Shown here: piece after piece, positions 23,182-37,530 of the stretch
Numbering within the stretch: the stretch's first letter is position 1
How the letters are laid out: each line of letters opens with the position of its first letter
NCBI GenBank assembly: GCA_000708835.1
Contig: DF237523.1
Location: 4,252-58,323, forward strand
Length of the DNA: 54,072 bases
Direction of reading: 5' to 3'
Origin: Klebsormidium nitens
Taxonomy: Eukaryota > Plantae > Klebsormidiophyceae
Position numbers and translations under genes: made by a program
The notes under the pieces: model-generated
The model's input: the letters and a program-made list of their open reading frames with translations, nothing else
What the model was told of the DNA's origin: nothing
The model's database searches: none

Positions 23182-24804
23182 ATGGCGGCCGCGGTGGCTG
23201 CATTGAGCCGCATGAGCTCCGCTTTTGCAGTTTCACGCGCTGTGATGCGGCCGTCGTGCGCACCCCAGCACCGCGCGCTAGGGTTCTTCGGAAGCAGCTC
23301 GATGCAGACCCAGCAGTGCAGAATGGGGAGACTGGGGTCCGCTAGAAATGGTAATGGTTTTGCGGTGGCCGTCAGGAGGGTTGCTGTGCAGCCGGCGCAG
23401 AAGGGGCTCGTGGTGGAAGCTAAAAAGGAGAAGAAGCAGAAGCTGCGGAGCCACAGCGTAAGCCACTCCAGAGCGCTTTTTCGCATTGGGAGACCGTCAA
23501 AGGCTGAACCTGTCCATAACGTACATGTGTGACTTCTCTGCGTCATGGTCCCGTCGTACATTTTTGTGAGTCTCGTCCTCCACTACCCTGTCCGATCAAA
23601 GTCTATGCGCTAGCTTTTGAGCTTCAGCATTTTAATGTGGCCAGAAATGGACACAGCGTCGGTCGAGGAGCTATTCATCCATGGCCAGCTTCCTGTTCAG
23701 GCGGATGTGCTACTTAAAGTCCCAACGCTGTTTCATTGTCTCCTCCTGATTTTTGTGCATCCCATGTTTGAACGCTTCCGGAAGTTTTTCGGATCCATTT
23801 TTGATTGCTGTGTCTATTTATGGAAAGACAATTTGTTGCTGCATTAGCCAGCTTAGGTACCAACTTCAGTGGGGCCTTGATGGAGCTGTGAGTTGTTAGT
23901 GCGCCACATCCTGAGAAGCGCAGGTTTACATGTAACTGTCCTATAACAAATGTACTACTCGGCCCGGTTGAGCGCATGCTGAAGAGGTTGATGTCGGCCC
24001 CGACGGTTGTTGCAGTCACAAGGGGTTCAGTCCCCTCAGTTGCATCTGTCCGCTGCAATATGACTGACACAAATTACCTTGAAGCACAAAAAGTCGGCCG
24101 TTACACGTTGACATGAAGACTTGGCTCGTTTTGAGGAAGCTTTTGCTTATCGGTTTTTGAAAAGGAATGCACTGGCTAGACTTCAGGCCAGCGCAGCAAG
24201 ATCCAACTTTGTGACTGCAGCGGACGGGAAGCAAAAAGAGAGTCTATTCTGGGAGTGAAGTTAGTAGAGGCGTTAAGTATCATCGATGGTCCTCAGAAGA
24301 ACACGGGAGATTAGCCATAAGTTACATCTTTTTGAAGTTGTGTCAGAGACGTTTGCATTCTTGTGCAGGCTGCCGGAAAGAGGTTCCGTGTCACTGGAGG
24401 GGGCTTGGTTGTCAGGAGGAAGAACGGCAAGCAGCATCTGAACGAGCGGAAGAGCAGGCTGCGCCTTAACAGGCTCGGCAAGATGGTGAGTGTCTTACTT
24501 TTGGGGCTCTTTCCTTCGGGACCAAGATCCCTTGCCAAAGACGTACGATTGCCTTACCATGAAGGTTTCTACATCCTTTTGGAGCCGTTGGCAAGATCTT
24601 AACTCAACAGCCTGAGCTGAGATTGTCCTCTCCAACCATGCTTGTGTCGTGTGCCCGACAATGAAAGCGCATCCTGGGCTTGTGTCTGATATGTGCTGAG
24701 TTTGAGACTCTACGTTTTGATGCCTTTGTGCTTCACAGGCGTTGGTTGACAAGAGGGACCTTCGGAACGTGAAGGAAGCCTTGCCTTACCTGGCCTACCG
24801 GTAA
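23182..24804 (+). CDS. RPL35: Plastid 50S ribosomal protein L35 with transit peptide, 3 exons, ~152 aa
   Basis: Exons 23182-23457, 24369-24485, 24739-24804 (459 nt). Ala/Ser/Arg-rich transit peptide ending VVEA, then KQKLRSHSAAGKRFRVTG, GKQHL, ALPYL. Confidence 0.93.
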
Positions 24805-26848
24805 ATATTCAAATCGAAGATACACATGTAACAGTTTTACTGGGTATTTTGGCAAGTGTTTACAGGTTTTTGATGATTGATTCACTCACAAGCCATTCAT
24901 CCACTGGGGCTTTGTCGAAGGTTTGAGCAGATCAGCATGATGCAGAATCATCGCGAAGTTAATGCTGCCAATCAACTGTGGCCATCTTTGCAAATGGTGT
25001 TGCAACATTCAAGTGCTCACCCATTTCTGTCACTGTATATCACGGAGGATGGGAAGTTGCCTTTCAGTGTGACGTGTATGGTCGTGCATGTGACTTAAGG
25101 CAGCAATCGTTTGCAACAATCTTAAGAACAATCAGCATACAATGATTTAGCAACAATAAGCCGCGCGGCGACTGCAATGCGGAACTTAATTCAGATACCG
25201 TCACATCCAAGTCAAACAAATAGCGTCTCAACGGCTGGGTTCCATTCATGCTATGACGGCATCTGGCATGTTTCTTTGATGAGATGCACATTTACAAATC
25301 TGTCCATGCTTTCCCTGCAATCTGTCATGGCGGGTCAATGCAAGCATCCTCCAATTTCGCATGCAATAGGCCCACCTTATTCAACTTATGTAAGCTAGCT
25401 ACGCCGCCGCGCAGACTGACGTGCCGGAGTCCGACTGCATCAATCTCCCGACTTGAGCAACAAGGCCGGCGGCAACTGTCCGTTTGTACGTGATATGATT
25501 TTCGAAAGTTTGGGGCAACCGCGCTCGTCTAACCGGCCCAATTGAACTCAATTAAGGTCCGGGCCCAGCCTCGATCAGCTTTTTGCATGCCAAGTAGAGA
25601 TGATAAACTCAATCATGGTTGAATGTATCCTTATGCGCGGGCCACTCTCTACTCATAGAAGCATGCTTACATGCATGCAGGCCGGCTAGTGCATGAGCCT
25701 CATAACCACGTACCGTACTCTGTCTAGCAGCTCGCCTTCAAGTTCGTAATTCCCAAAACGTCAGAGATTGGCCAGCGGTAAGCTGCCCCCTATGCAGTGA
25801 CTGCACGTATGCTAGTGAACTCCGATCATAATACGCAGCCGCCTAGACTCATTTCGCTGATCATTGACATGTCATGCAAGCTACATGAGTTTCGAACAAG
25901 GAGATCTGCTTCAAGAGATCATAGAATCATATGCTGACGCGTCGCGTGGGAAGTTTCCCGTTGAACCATGGCGCAAAGCCTGGCGGGGATTCACTGATTG
26001 TAAGAGCTCAAGTTCATAAAGAGGCAAGCGTCGAGCATGACGAGCAGACCATTTGTTATGTACTATCGCGTGCTCTTCCTACACTGTCCTCTTAACCTGG
26101 TCCTCAGGCTGTGAGGTGCGCTGCATTTCATGCGGCACTTTTCTTCATTTCAGGTTCACGTGGTTTGGCAACAGCATCTCATCCCCTTACTAATCAATGC
26201 CGCAACTTCGAGGTGCAGTCTCTCAACAATGCGGCAGCTCGGTGAAACCGTTAGACTAGAAACCTAATATTCATGCAGCGCTGGTCAATCGTGGGTCAAT
26301 CTCTTTCGAGAAACTCTTCCGTTCGTATCTCGTTCGACGCAGACAATCTTTCGAGCGCCTGGACGTTATAAGGTTAGTTTAAGTTAGTCGGCCGCCTGCT
26401 CAATGGGCCGAGCAGCCTGCTACTTCGAGCTCCTGCATCAAAAGCAGACACGTGCAAGCTGAGCAGGCCGATGAAGGAAGAGACGAGCTTAGCCTTCCCT
26501 TTGGATTTTTCCTTCGGATGACACTGTTTAGTTTTTCTAGCCTCCTCCGCTACTCAGCATGGACACCAAAAAACTGCAACAATATTGTATCCTTCACATC
26601 AACCCAAAATGCTGTGTCCCATACGGCGCTGAGTCATATATCGGCATGGTGTGAACCCACTCGCAGGTCAACACACGGTCCTCGTTCTTTCAGCCTAAGA
26701 GAAACAATCTTTTCAGGCCTCAAGGTGCCCCAAACAGATGAAAGCGCGCACCAACTGCCGCAAACTTTCGGAACAAAGGAGCGAAACGATCGCTCCCTTT
26801 TGCAGTTGCTCACAAGATCGTCTTCGTTTGAACAGGATAAACCCTTCA

Positions 26849-28840
26849 TTATTCTGGAAGCTCCCGCTGTAAGCTCACCTTTTCAGCGGCTACCCAAAGC
26901 TCGGCGTATTCACACTGGGCGTACTCCTTGAACCATGGCCCCCCGCACGTGTAATGAATGGCCTTTGGCGGCTTGCCGTCTTCTGGCCGCTTGTTGTGCC
27001 CCACCAGCCAATTCCACGTCTCGGGAACGTTCCCAATATCCTCGTCGTCAAGCCATTGGAATCTGCATGTCGAGAACATTCCGTAAGATGTAATTCGAAG
27101 GGAGTAAGCACTGTGTTATTGGCACTCGTGCGGGTAACTTGACGAGGGAAGCTGCTTTACCGGAGGGAAGGAAGGGGGATGTTCGGCTGGAGACGTAAAG
27201 GTCCGACTGAGCTGAGGTAAACGATACCCAGGAAGTGGATCGAGGTTGTTCTGCCAGATCTGACCATACGAAGTGGCTTGGCTAGTGGATCTCAAGCGCA
27301 GTACGAAGCACACACCCTTGGCTTAACGCAACGATAAACCGAGGCTGAAACGTCTCACGGATCTTCCGATGCACCTCGTAATACGCTCGGTCAGCTATTC
27401 CAAAAGGCCATGGTAAAAAGCGCCTATGGTGATTCTGCAAACGGTGGGGCGATACAGGCAGGCGCGAGACCTGATCCTGGTGATCAATACCACTGAAATT
27501 TGCAAATCAGAAACTTTTGGCAATCAGTAAAGCGCAAAGTGTCGAGCTTATCCGAGTTGTGTCCTGAAACAAGCTGAAGCAAGCTGCCAAATGACGACGG
27601 CTTTTTGAGGTTTGCCAGACTAGGTCCTGAATAAGCTTTATATCTTTTGCGGCAAGTGGGCAGCGTGAGGTTTTCAACCAGAGTCTGCAAAACGCAATAA
27701 AAACCAAACGGTGAAACGGCTCCTTGACCTTTCCTGACAGTTGGCTTGAAACAAAGGCAGCTCTGACTGACCTGTGCAAGAAGGCCCCACTTTCTTGACT
27801 CACGAGCTCGGGGGTGAGAATACGATTCTTGGGATGCCCGCAATTATATAGAACCATGCTGCTCCAGTTTTTGCGGGGATACGTTGTCTGGATCTGACCA
27901 TCCATCTTGGTAGGAGAAGTGGGGGCATAGTCGTGCTGGAAGAGGCGAGCAAAGCGAGTTAGAGATGGCAGAAGCTCGCGCCAATCTGGTTGTAGAAGCC
28001 AGCATTGTTCGAGGACCTGATTATGTTGAAATTCTATGGACTTACTCATGCAACATTGTGATGCCAATTCAGCTCACAATGACGGCGGCAGACTGAGGAT
28101 GACCTGAATTTTTCGAATCTTCAGATGTCAACAAGATTCCAGCCTGCGCGCATTGAGCAAAGCTGAAGTGCTTAAGCGCGGACGCGACGCTGTTGAGGCA
28201 GCAGCAAGAGTACCCTGACGTGACCCAGGTCTCCCAAGCTTCTCACCCACCTAGAAGAACAACCTTACATGGAAGTAGAAGACGATTCAAGGGTGAATCA
28301 ATACCTTACCTTCACGCACATGACGGCATATTTGTCGTCTATCAACTCGGTCAGCTGCTTGATGTCCGCTGTATACAGGAAGTCGCAGTCCACAAACATG
28401 GCCCACCCCATGTACCCCGCCAGATATGGCGTCAAGAACCTAGTGAAGCTGAACTCCGTGCTTTCTGTAGGGTCCCTGAGCCTGGTGTATAGGCCCCCAT
28501 CTCTGAGATCCTTCTGCTTTATCGGCACAATGTGGACAGGGACGCTGGCGTGCTTCAGAATGGACTGCTTGCAGACTTGGAACGCCACATCCTCTTTCGC
28601 GTCATAGCCTATGAAGATGCGGAACTCGGGGTGGATCAGCGCCTTTGCGCCCTTGGCGCCCCGCATGCTGACGTCTACCGCGCGGTCAGTTTCAGGGCTG
28701 CTAGAGGCTGGCAGAACCAGCACCGAACCTAGGCGGCTCTCAAAAAGAAGTCTCTCCCAGTCAGGATCCTGATGGTGCGGCCCCTCAGAAGAAGATGCGG
28801 CAGAATCCATTGCTGCTTCTTGAGAGACCGTGACCGCCAT
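26849..28840 (-). CDS. CDI: CDI-like nucleotide-diphospho-sugar transferase, 3 exons, ~302 aa
   Basis: Exons 28840-28310, 27935-27772, 27062-26849 (909 nt). FRIFIGYD, STEFSFTRFLTP, WAMFVDCDFL (DxD), HDY.P....KMDG..Q..YPRKNWSS, HYT.GGPWF. A GTGAG at 26878 leaves the exact C-terminus uncertain. Confidence 0.93.
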
Positions 28841-29670
28841 GCGAGCAGGAGTGCAAACCCAGCTAAACTGTAATTTGGTTACAGGTTGCTGGCCCGCTCG
28901 CTGCTAGGATTATCTGCTAGGATTGGTTGCAGCTTCGTGCTCCCTCCAATCTTGTCTTAGCTTTCCTTGCATCAGCAGCATCTTAGGCGAGCAAAAAGAC
29001 TGTTCCCAGACAAACATGAACCAGCAAAACTCTCTCTGCTGCTCTCAGTCAACCAAGACTCGGCTGATGCTGACGAGGCGAATCTTGCTCCTGGCTGGCA
29101 GCTTTTAGGTCTCTGGTGCATTGCCATAAGACAGCAGCACTCCCGCGTCTACTTTCATACTTTGATTATTGCCTTGGGAAATATTATCTGAAAGGGGGCT
29201 GCATGAACGAGAACAAACAGTGCATGCAATATAAGCATAATGCAGTAGGCGTTCAACACATCATGATCTGGACTACTTGAGAAAGGCAGCTTTATGGACG
29301 CTGTGCTGTTGTCGCAGCTGCCCAGTAGTCTGATGAGTAGGATTGTTTCAGATCACTGCCTTCTCCTGTGTGCTCACATACAGACGCGGACAACGAGATT
29401 AGGGTTCCTGCAGAAATAGGGTTCCGCGAGCTCGGTTCCCAATCTCCCGGGCACACACGTCCGCGCGCTGAAGTGGAGGTCTGGACCTGGTGGTCGATGA
29501 CCGGCCACACTCCTTTGGCCGGTCAAAAAAAAATTCTGAACGTTGTGCAAGCGCCCGGGTACTGCAGCCGCCCATGCAAATCAACTCAGAAAACTGAATT
29601 ATCTGTCTGCTCAACAAGGAAATCAAGCTAGGTGAACTTTTTGAAAGCTCAGTGCTGCAAGTAGTACCTA

Positions 29671-30186
29671 CGAAGAACTCAGTTGTAAAAGTGTTAACAG
29701 GAAAGTGTGACCCAGGCCGACATTCTCAGCCACCCGATTCATATTTACCCGTAACACACGCTCGACCCCGATTGCATCTCGAAAACCCTGTGTGCAAATA
29801 CTAGTACCGGTAGAGCCAAACATCTTCATCTCGGTACCTGGTACCGAGATACCTAGATACGCTGCACAAGCCCGGGCTATGAAAGTCCATCGTCCGGTCA
29901 AACCCACCGGGCAATGTATCCAAGGCGTGCGAAGGCTTTTGTATTTTTGGCCTGTATGAAGGGGCTTAAAGCGGTTCCAACTATGACAACCAAGTCCGGT
30001 CATCTCAGCCAGGCACTCCGAGCATTCACCCGACTCAAATACGAGGCTCGGTGACCTAGGCTGCAGTGACCGGAGGTGTCAACAGCTGTGGTACCGAGCA
30101 CCTCTCCCGGGTCAGACTGTTCAGACACAGAGGATTCTAGGGGGTTGGAACACTTGATGTTCACACATTTACAACTGAGTTCTTTG
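29671..30186. mobile_element. Non-coding MITE candidate (~516 bp) with ~29-bp terminal inverted repeats
   Basis: AAGAACTCAGTTGTAAA (29673-29689) is the perfect reverse complement of 30168-30184, extending to 29 bp with 3 mismatches. Flanks ACCTA / ACCTT. Internal 23-nt palindrome at 29828-29850. Confidence 0.65.
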
Positions 30187-31473
30187 ACCTTTTTGCCTCA
30201 GTGCTAGCCTCGGCTATAGACTGACTGCTTGCGCATTGAACAATGCGCCGGCAAAAGCAATGTTAGCAATTATGATCATTACATGCGGACGGTTCCAAAG
30301 TTCAAAGGCCCCCATATATCACGGCCTGCAGGTGATGAGGCTGCAACATGCTGCAGCCTCATCAAGTTCACCATGCATGAAAGCGCCACCATGGTCGAGG
30401 TTACAAACTATACCGCCCTATGGGGGCCGGTATACGTCTTGCCGTCTTGCTAGGTAAAGTATATACAATGCACTAGCTCTTCAAGCTAGTATATAGAATG
30501 TAGCTTAATACAGCTATCATCCATTGATACTATATTATAATTGTGCACGTGAGAGTACGTAGGCACCCCTGCATGCTGCCCGGCAGGCATGCATGAGTGC
30601 ATCAATACCCGGTACGTATATAGATCCTTGTCTGCGTGTGTATATTTCATTTCAATGACACTCCGCAAAAAGATTGCAGTGCATACTATCCGTTACATGC
30701 TAATTTATAAAACACTGGCTCCATTGGGTTGCACAAATCTGCCAGAGTTGCGTGGCATGATACGGATGTTCAATCACTTGCATTCAATAATAGTGCGCAC
30801 TCGTGGCTCCAGATTGACATGTTCCTGGCAAGCTGCTGCCTCAACATAGGCACCAGGAACTACGTATTGTACACAGGTATATACCATAGTATAGACATTC
30901 GTCATTTTCACTCTTTACATTCGCGAATTTACGTATTTATGACCCGCTACAAGACATTCGTCGGAAATTTGTCAAAAATTCGGCAAATTTTCAGAAGGAC
31001 GATAGGAGCCTAGAACCCGCCAAAATAGAAGGTTTTTGATATGTCCGAAGGGTAAAACTACCTTTTGGAACCTTACCAAGAAGCTACAACGGGATAATCG
31101 GTCAACTTTCGATGTCACAAGCCGTAAAAACCACATATTACATGTTACGACGATGAAACTACTAGGACACGTGGCGAATTTTTGCCGAATGTTGATTTCG
31201 AGGTTCATAACATTCTCCAAATTCGTGTCAATCCGAGCCGCCATAACATTCCCGCTCTAAGAATTCCTAAACTATGGTATATACCTCTAAGTAGGTTCAT
31301 ATTGATTGAAGCTGAAGGCTCAGGGCATCCAAACTTCCATGTCGTATCCATTTTGAAAGAATGCTTGATCATCAAGGAGGACAGTGTATATTAAGCTATA
31401 CTGCTGTTGTCATCTGTGACTTGCTTACACGAAGGCTATCGTTCATTTTGATGTTTTTCTAAATTCGGAAGCC

Positions 31474-34400
31474 CTAGTTTCGAGGCCCTGGCTTGGGCAC
31501 CACACCTAGGTTTACCAGAAACGCATCCAAGCCTTTCAACGTTGCAAAATCCTCCTCCACGAAGCCTGTGTTTTGTGTTTTTGCCTTGAAGAAATCAAGC
31601 AAACCCTTTTTTCGTCGGCCCGGCACGAGTTCTTCTAGAAAGGCGAAACAAGCGCGAAACTCTCGGGGTGACGTGGCGATGGGCGAGTCAAGATGGCACG
31701 TGATAACCCGTTGGAATCGCCAGTCCTTCACAATGCGATCGGCCCAGTCTAGCGCCTGGAGAGTGGAACGGGGATTGTGGAATGGGATCTCGCAGAATGA
31801 TTGAGATTGCACGATTCGAGATGAAGGTAGGAGCATCCAGCAGAACAACACTCACTGAGGAAGTTCCTTTGTATTTGTCTTCTTGAAGCCGTCCGCTTAT
31901 TTGTTAAACATGTTCATCGAAAGCTGAACTGAAACTGAAACTGACCGGTCATCATGCTTTCATCCAGATGTAGAATCTCGAGAAACACTCAGCCTGAAGC
32001 CCAAGACATTATATTACTGTATTGGACGCAAACGTATGCAGCTGCTGAAGCCAGGAAACGGACTTGTGAACGAGACGACACACTACGGGGCTCCTTCTCT
32101 CGGAAACATTATCCGCCAACAGAGAAACCCCGGTGCTTCACATTTCCAGACGACGCGCCAGAGAAAGAGCTTTTTAAAGCTTCTTGATCACCCTTCGCCA
32201 GTACACGTGAGATTATAGATAGTGGTCCAGCCACACGAGTGCGTTTGGCCTTTTTGTCCTTTCGGCTTCGAGAAGGTGATAGGGCACAACTAGGAAATTT
32301 TCGATCGAACACGAAGATCTAGCATCGGGAAGACTGCAGTCGCACGTGATCTGCACGTAGAACAAACCGTTGCCTAAGAATCACAAATGTCTTCGGCATC
32401 TCGGACCACTCACCTCATCCGGAATTTTGGTGAACACAAGCGTCCGCACGACGGGCGACACCAATAGCCGTCCGGCGATGGCCCGGAAGCTCTCCTGCGG
32501 GTCCAGCAGGTCGGACGGTCCGAAATACAGCCCCAACAGGAGCATGCGCTGCCACCCTGCACAAAGAGAATATATTTGTATATTCGTAAGTAGTACAAGC
32601 ATTGAAGAGGTTCATTAGCTCTCTCATTGGTTCAAATCCGGACACCTAAAAGCAAGTACCCTGTGCGAGGGCGTGACCGTAATCCTCAAGCCACAAACAA
32701 CATGCGCTCCATATACAAAGCAACCTGGTCACCGATACCAACCCCAAGCAACCCCCTCGACTGTCTTACAGATATTAGTTCCTCTTGAATAAGTAAAAGC
32801 ATTTCTATCCCTGAGTGAAAGAACAAGCTAGAGAAGGATAAACAAGAAGCGTCCGTTTGCATTCCTGTGTAGCGTGTGTGGACAATCTTTACTACCTGAA
32901 ACATTTGGTCCAGTTGGACCTGAGAGGTTTGTGACGATCACACGGCCGCTGCAGATCCGCGCGACTCGCATTCAGGCGTCAGGCAGAGTCAAAAACATCT
33001 AAGCAGCGTTCGACTCCTTGTCAGAACGCATCACGGTTAACAACGGTCAGGATCGACTTGATTATGGCAGTTTTGTCAACACTCTTGTGAGCAAGCCTTT
33101 GACTGTTCACCTGAATGAGAAGTCTTGAAACAATAATTGGACGCTCACCTAGAAGCCTGTTCTCTTCCGTATCGTCGATCCGATTTGATCCCGGGAACAG
33201 CTTGAAGTCTGGTATCGGCTTCCCTCCACTTCGTAAGCTTACGACGACGCCGTTTCGAGCGGAGTCGAGCAAAGCCTCTTTCCGAATAACCTGCCCGGAG
33301 CACAATATTATACCGCACTTAGCCTGCTCTTTCAATAGGCCCCCGACTGCCAGAAAGACCGGCTTTCTTACGATTCCATTAAACTCAGCGGGACTTACTT
33401 TTTCTTGGCAGAAGGCCTCTCTGGAGGATGGCCGCTTCGCTGAACGGGAAGTTCAAGAAGTACGCTCGATTGGACAGCGGAAAGTAGAGCGTCGCACAAT
33501 GCATCCAAGCTCCAAACAATCGGAAATGCACGAAACCATGAAACACGCACAGCACCACGTCTCATAAAAATTTGGCAGCGTGCACTTGGCACGCATACTG
33601 TCACACTACTCCTCCGCACGATTGACGCACGATCTTTACAGCTCATAGTTAGATCCACTGTTTATCAGAACTTTCTCAAAAAGCTTGTGCAGTTAGTTAA
33701 GACATAGAAGAGGATTGCAGCGATACAACCACGTGCCCTGACTTACTTCAGGCGGAGTGTCCGGGACTCGGATGACGGCGTCGGTGACGAGGAGTGACTT
33801 GGAGGCCTTGTGAAAGAAGGCGAGCTCCACGTAAGGGCCAATGCCTGGGACGGAACCTATACAGGGCGTTACTACAGGGCCCGGCTTTGCAAATCCAAGC
33901 GTTCTTGCGTGGTAGAGAAGGGCCCAGGAAAGGATAGCGGAGTAGCAGGAAAGGAGCTTTCCGCAGAACTGATGCGCTTTTGCCTGACGTACAGACGAAA
34001 ACATTCGGCGCACGCTCGGAAGAAGCTCGAAGAAGCAACGCCGAATCTTTTAGCCGGTGAACTATTTTACACGTAAGCAGCAAGTGTTTGTATAGAAGTT
34101 CAGTCGAATCGTCTAGACACGTACTGACAGCACATCGTTGCCGAGACGCCTAGCACAATACGGAAAGTGATATGCTGACATGCGGGACTTGTATCACTGA
34201 GATGAATGGTAATTCTGTGTATGCGTTTCCAGTTTTTGCTCGTACATGCGAGACTTCATTGGATGCCACCACGTCTTAGTCCTACTTCTCACGGGCAATT
34301 CAACACACAGGACCATTCGCCCGCACACACACTCACCAACAGGGGATGATTCCAGCACCTTGTGCTCAATCTCGTCCTGCCAGGGGGTTTCTGTCGCATC

Positions 34401-36726
34401 GTCTTTAATCGTACCCGCCTTGAAGATGCCAAACGCCTCAACGGGCAGCGGGATCGGGTAACTCCACAGTCCAGGCGCTACCCACACCTATCAAGAAGAG
34501 ATGCAGATTCCTTCTGAACTTTGTTCCACTCCGAGGGGGGAGTAGTACAGTTCGCGACTGATGACAGATTTTTTTCGATTTCGATTTTGTATTCTTTGAT
34601 GGATTAGGCAGATTGGGTGTACAGGTGCCATCAATCCTTTACCTAGACAGCGAAATTGGAGACTGAACAGTTTTGGAAGTAGACCCTTCGAGACTCAGAC
34701 CCTCTGACACGCGCGAAATAGACCTCAGAGCAAATTCACGCCACAATTCGAAGGAAGTTTACAATCTATAAGGAACAAAGTCGAGCCCCTCACTCATACA
34801 ATCTTATAAGCTCATATCGACGAAACAGAATAGTATGTTCATAAACAAGATGGCAATCTTCAGTTGCCCAGCATACACGAAAAAAAAAAGCAACAGCGAT
34901 GTTGAAATCTTTCCAAACGTAAGACGAAAGGAAGGTTTTGGCCGAGGAAAAACCTGGAAGTTGCCGAGCCTCAGTATGCCCATCTGAGCAGATTGCAAAC
35001 AGATTCATCCCTTGGTAGATAAGGGCCCACATGCTTGCTGACTATTGAATCCGCCTGTGATAGTGCAGTCAACCGTTATTGAGTGGTCACAAGAGATGGA
35101 AACGCAGGGGCAACTGCCTGGGCCTGAAGACCAACCAAATTCTACAGCCAGTTCCACCAGCCTCCGACCTACCTGAGCTTTGGGAAACTTCCTCGCAAAT
35201 GGCGACACAAAGACCTTGTGCTCGTAGGCATACGTCGTGAGCACGATGTACTTGACCGGCTCCCCTAGCTCCTTGATGAGTCGCACGCACTCTTCGGTGG
35301 GGGCAATGGGGGCGTGCACCCAAAGTCCCCCGCTCTTCAATTTGATTACCTGGGGACGAGAACATGCGAGCGGACAGGTGTTCACCGCTCTGGGGGATTG
35401 GAGAGGAAGAAAGCGAAGTGCGATCGGGATGAACGCGTCCACTCAACGTGAGACTGAAGCAGCCTGGATAAGAAGACGTGGAAGACTCAGGTTTTGAAGT
35501 TGACTTGCAACGCTGGCATTTGACGCTGGCCAACTCTTCTACGTTTTCAGAGGAGATTCATCTGATAGCACTGCCTGCTTGTAGCACAAGCGTAGTGCTT
35601 TGCGCATATAGCCCAACCATTTGGCAGTTTTTGAAGGTGCCGTTCTATCTGAGCGGGCTAGTATCGAACACTGCCGTGCACTTTCTGACATCACTTCTTC
35701 CGATCGATGAAGTTGTCTGAAGATATCTGACACCTTACTGCCATCACCTGTGGTTTCTGCACACAAACCAAAACAGAAAATGCCGAAAACACCAAGATGA
35801 TTCTTTCCAGGCTGCAACACAATTTTTCTAGCCACTGCTTTGTTGAGCTCAAGTGTCATGCAGGTACTTACAGTCATGCGCACGTTTGTGGTTACGTTAG
35901 TCCCAGCAAGCCCCTGCTCTTGTTCGAAGAACCAAATACTCCCAGGATCAACCTGCAAGTGCATGTGGACAAATCAGTAGGAGCACTACCACCAGCGCAG
36001 GCTCAAATGCACCGAAGTCACTGGCCTTCGATGAGAAGGTGGTAGAAAGCTACTCAAGAACGTGCGCAAGCAGGTAGGTCGAATTCATACTTTGCGGATC
36101 ACGTGGACTGAAGCATACTTTCTCAAGACAGGCGCAGTGGGTTCAACGACAGTCTGTCAATTGATGACGCTTCAGTAACATAGTACCGCAAAGTGGTTAT
36201 GCTGTGGTGGTACCACAGCTTGTACATTCAACATGCTCCATGACATGTGACTCGGCTCCCACTTAACCGCGGTGGCCATCTTACCGATTGGATACAAACA
36301 TGCAATTTTCGCTTTCTGCAAACAACTTTGTTCAAATATTTTGAGAGCCAAGTGTTGCGAAAAAGTGCAGAACAACACAGTTGATCTTACCTCTGTACGC
36401 ACGGTTCGCCTGAATGCGAGCGGGTTAAGCGGAAAGGGGAACCCCGTCACATTCAAGTAGAACCTGCCTCTGGCCACATTGGCCGTCGTGCATACAATCT
36501 TTCCACATTGTCTCCGGCTTTTCAGACACTGCTCTCGCTCTATCTGGCCTGATCTAAATCTCCGCTGCGGACTTTCAGCTACCCTTGTTAGACACCCAGC
36601 ATGCCGGAAGCCTACATATGATTTCCAAGCCAGGCGGTTATCGGCCTCACAGTTTCTGCTGGCGTCACCGGAGGCCCTGGAGAGGCCCAAGTTCGCTGCA
36701 GCATTGCTGGCTGCAGCAGCTAACAT
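31474..36726 (-). CDS. DUF4336-family protein with N-terminal transit-peptide-like extension, 8 exons, ~469 aa
   Basis: Exons 36726-36391, 35952-35872, 35349-35173, 34487-34337, 33844-33747, 33290-33149, 32556-32414, 31755-31474 (1410 nt). TGFPFPL, RMTVIKLKSGGLWVHAPIAPT, EHKVF, ELAFFHKASKSLLVTDAV, W.F.RVI..H. Confidence 0.9.
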
Positions 36727-37530
36727 TATGGCAAACGCTTTTCAAGCCTTGTTGCAGGTACCCTGTATGCAAAGGGGCATGCAGATCACCACTCGGCGTG
36801 CTGATTTGCTTTCCTGCAAAGACTCCTCGTCAATCAATGGCCTGTCATGCGGGACCCAGGGTCATGCATCCTTTCTGAATAGATTAGAGGGCTTCATGCA
36901 GACACAGTGCTCCTCATCAAAATTCAACTGCTTTCAATGGTGAAAAGTGGCGGATTCTCGCCTTCCAGAAGGTTTGTGTGCTTCAAACTAGCGATGACCA
37001 TGAACGCCCCATGCCACGATGGATGCCCGCATGGATCGAGGAAGATGCCGCCCAAGCGCTACTTATACTACGCGTAACGCACAATGCTTTCTTTCCCTCC
37101 GCGTTACATCCATGCTGGAGGTATTTAGGTGTGCTCTTTTGGATTGAAGATCTGCCTTATCAGACCGGTCTTCCTTGGCACCAGGATTAATTTCTGCTTG
37201 CTGCTGCCAAAACTTGGCAAAAGCTGGGGTTGAGGCAGAGACAACTTGAAAGTTGCAACTAGGGCGCCTTTTGTCTTCAATGTGGGGAGCTCCTGTATGA
37301 GCAGGTGAATGACAAGGCCCATGTTTGGCTGAAGAGACACTCGTAGGAGGCGGCGCGACATTGCATTTGGCGCCAGGCATGCTCTGGCCTGGCGGACTCT
37401 GCAAATGACTGCAGGAAGAAATGGTCGTTGCACCTAGCCGCAGGATCTTCATCAGCACGGCACAGATCACTTAGAAAAAATTGCACAAAAGCTGAAGAGC
37501 TGAAGAGTGTGTGGACGGGGTTTCATTTCA

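Noticed and set aside
23182-24804. Divergent residues in RPL35 (KLRSHS, GKQHLNERK)
   Set aside because: Within plausible algal variation; frame and C-terminal ALPYL are intact.
30940-31270. Inverted-repeat-like AT-rich tract (ATTCGGCAAA / TTTGCCGAAT)
   Set aside because: About 10 bp internal match with no defined ends or TSD.
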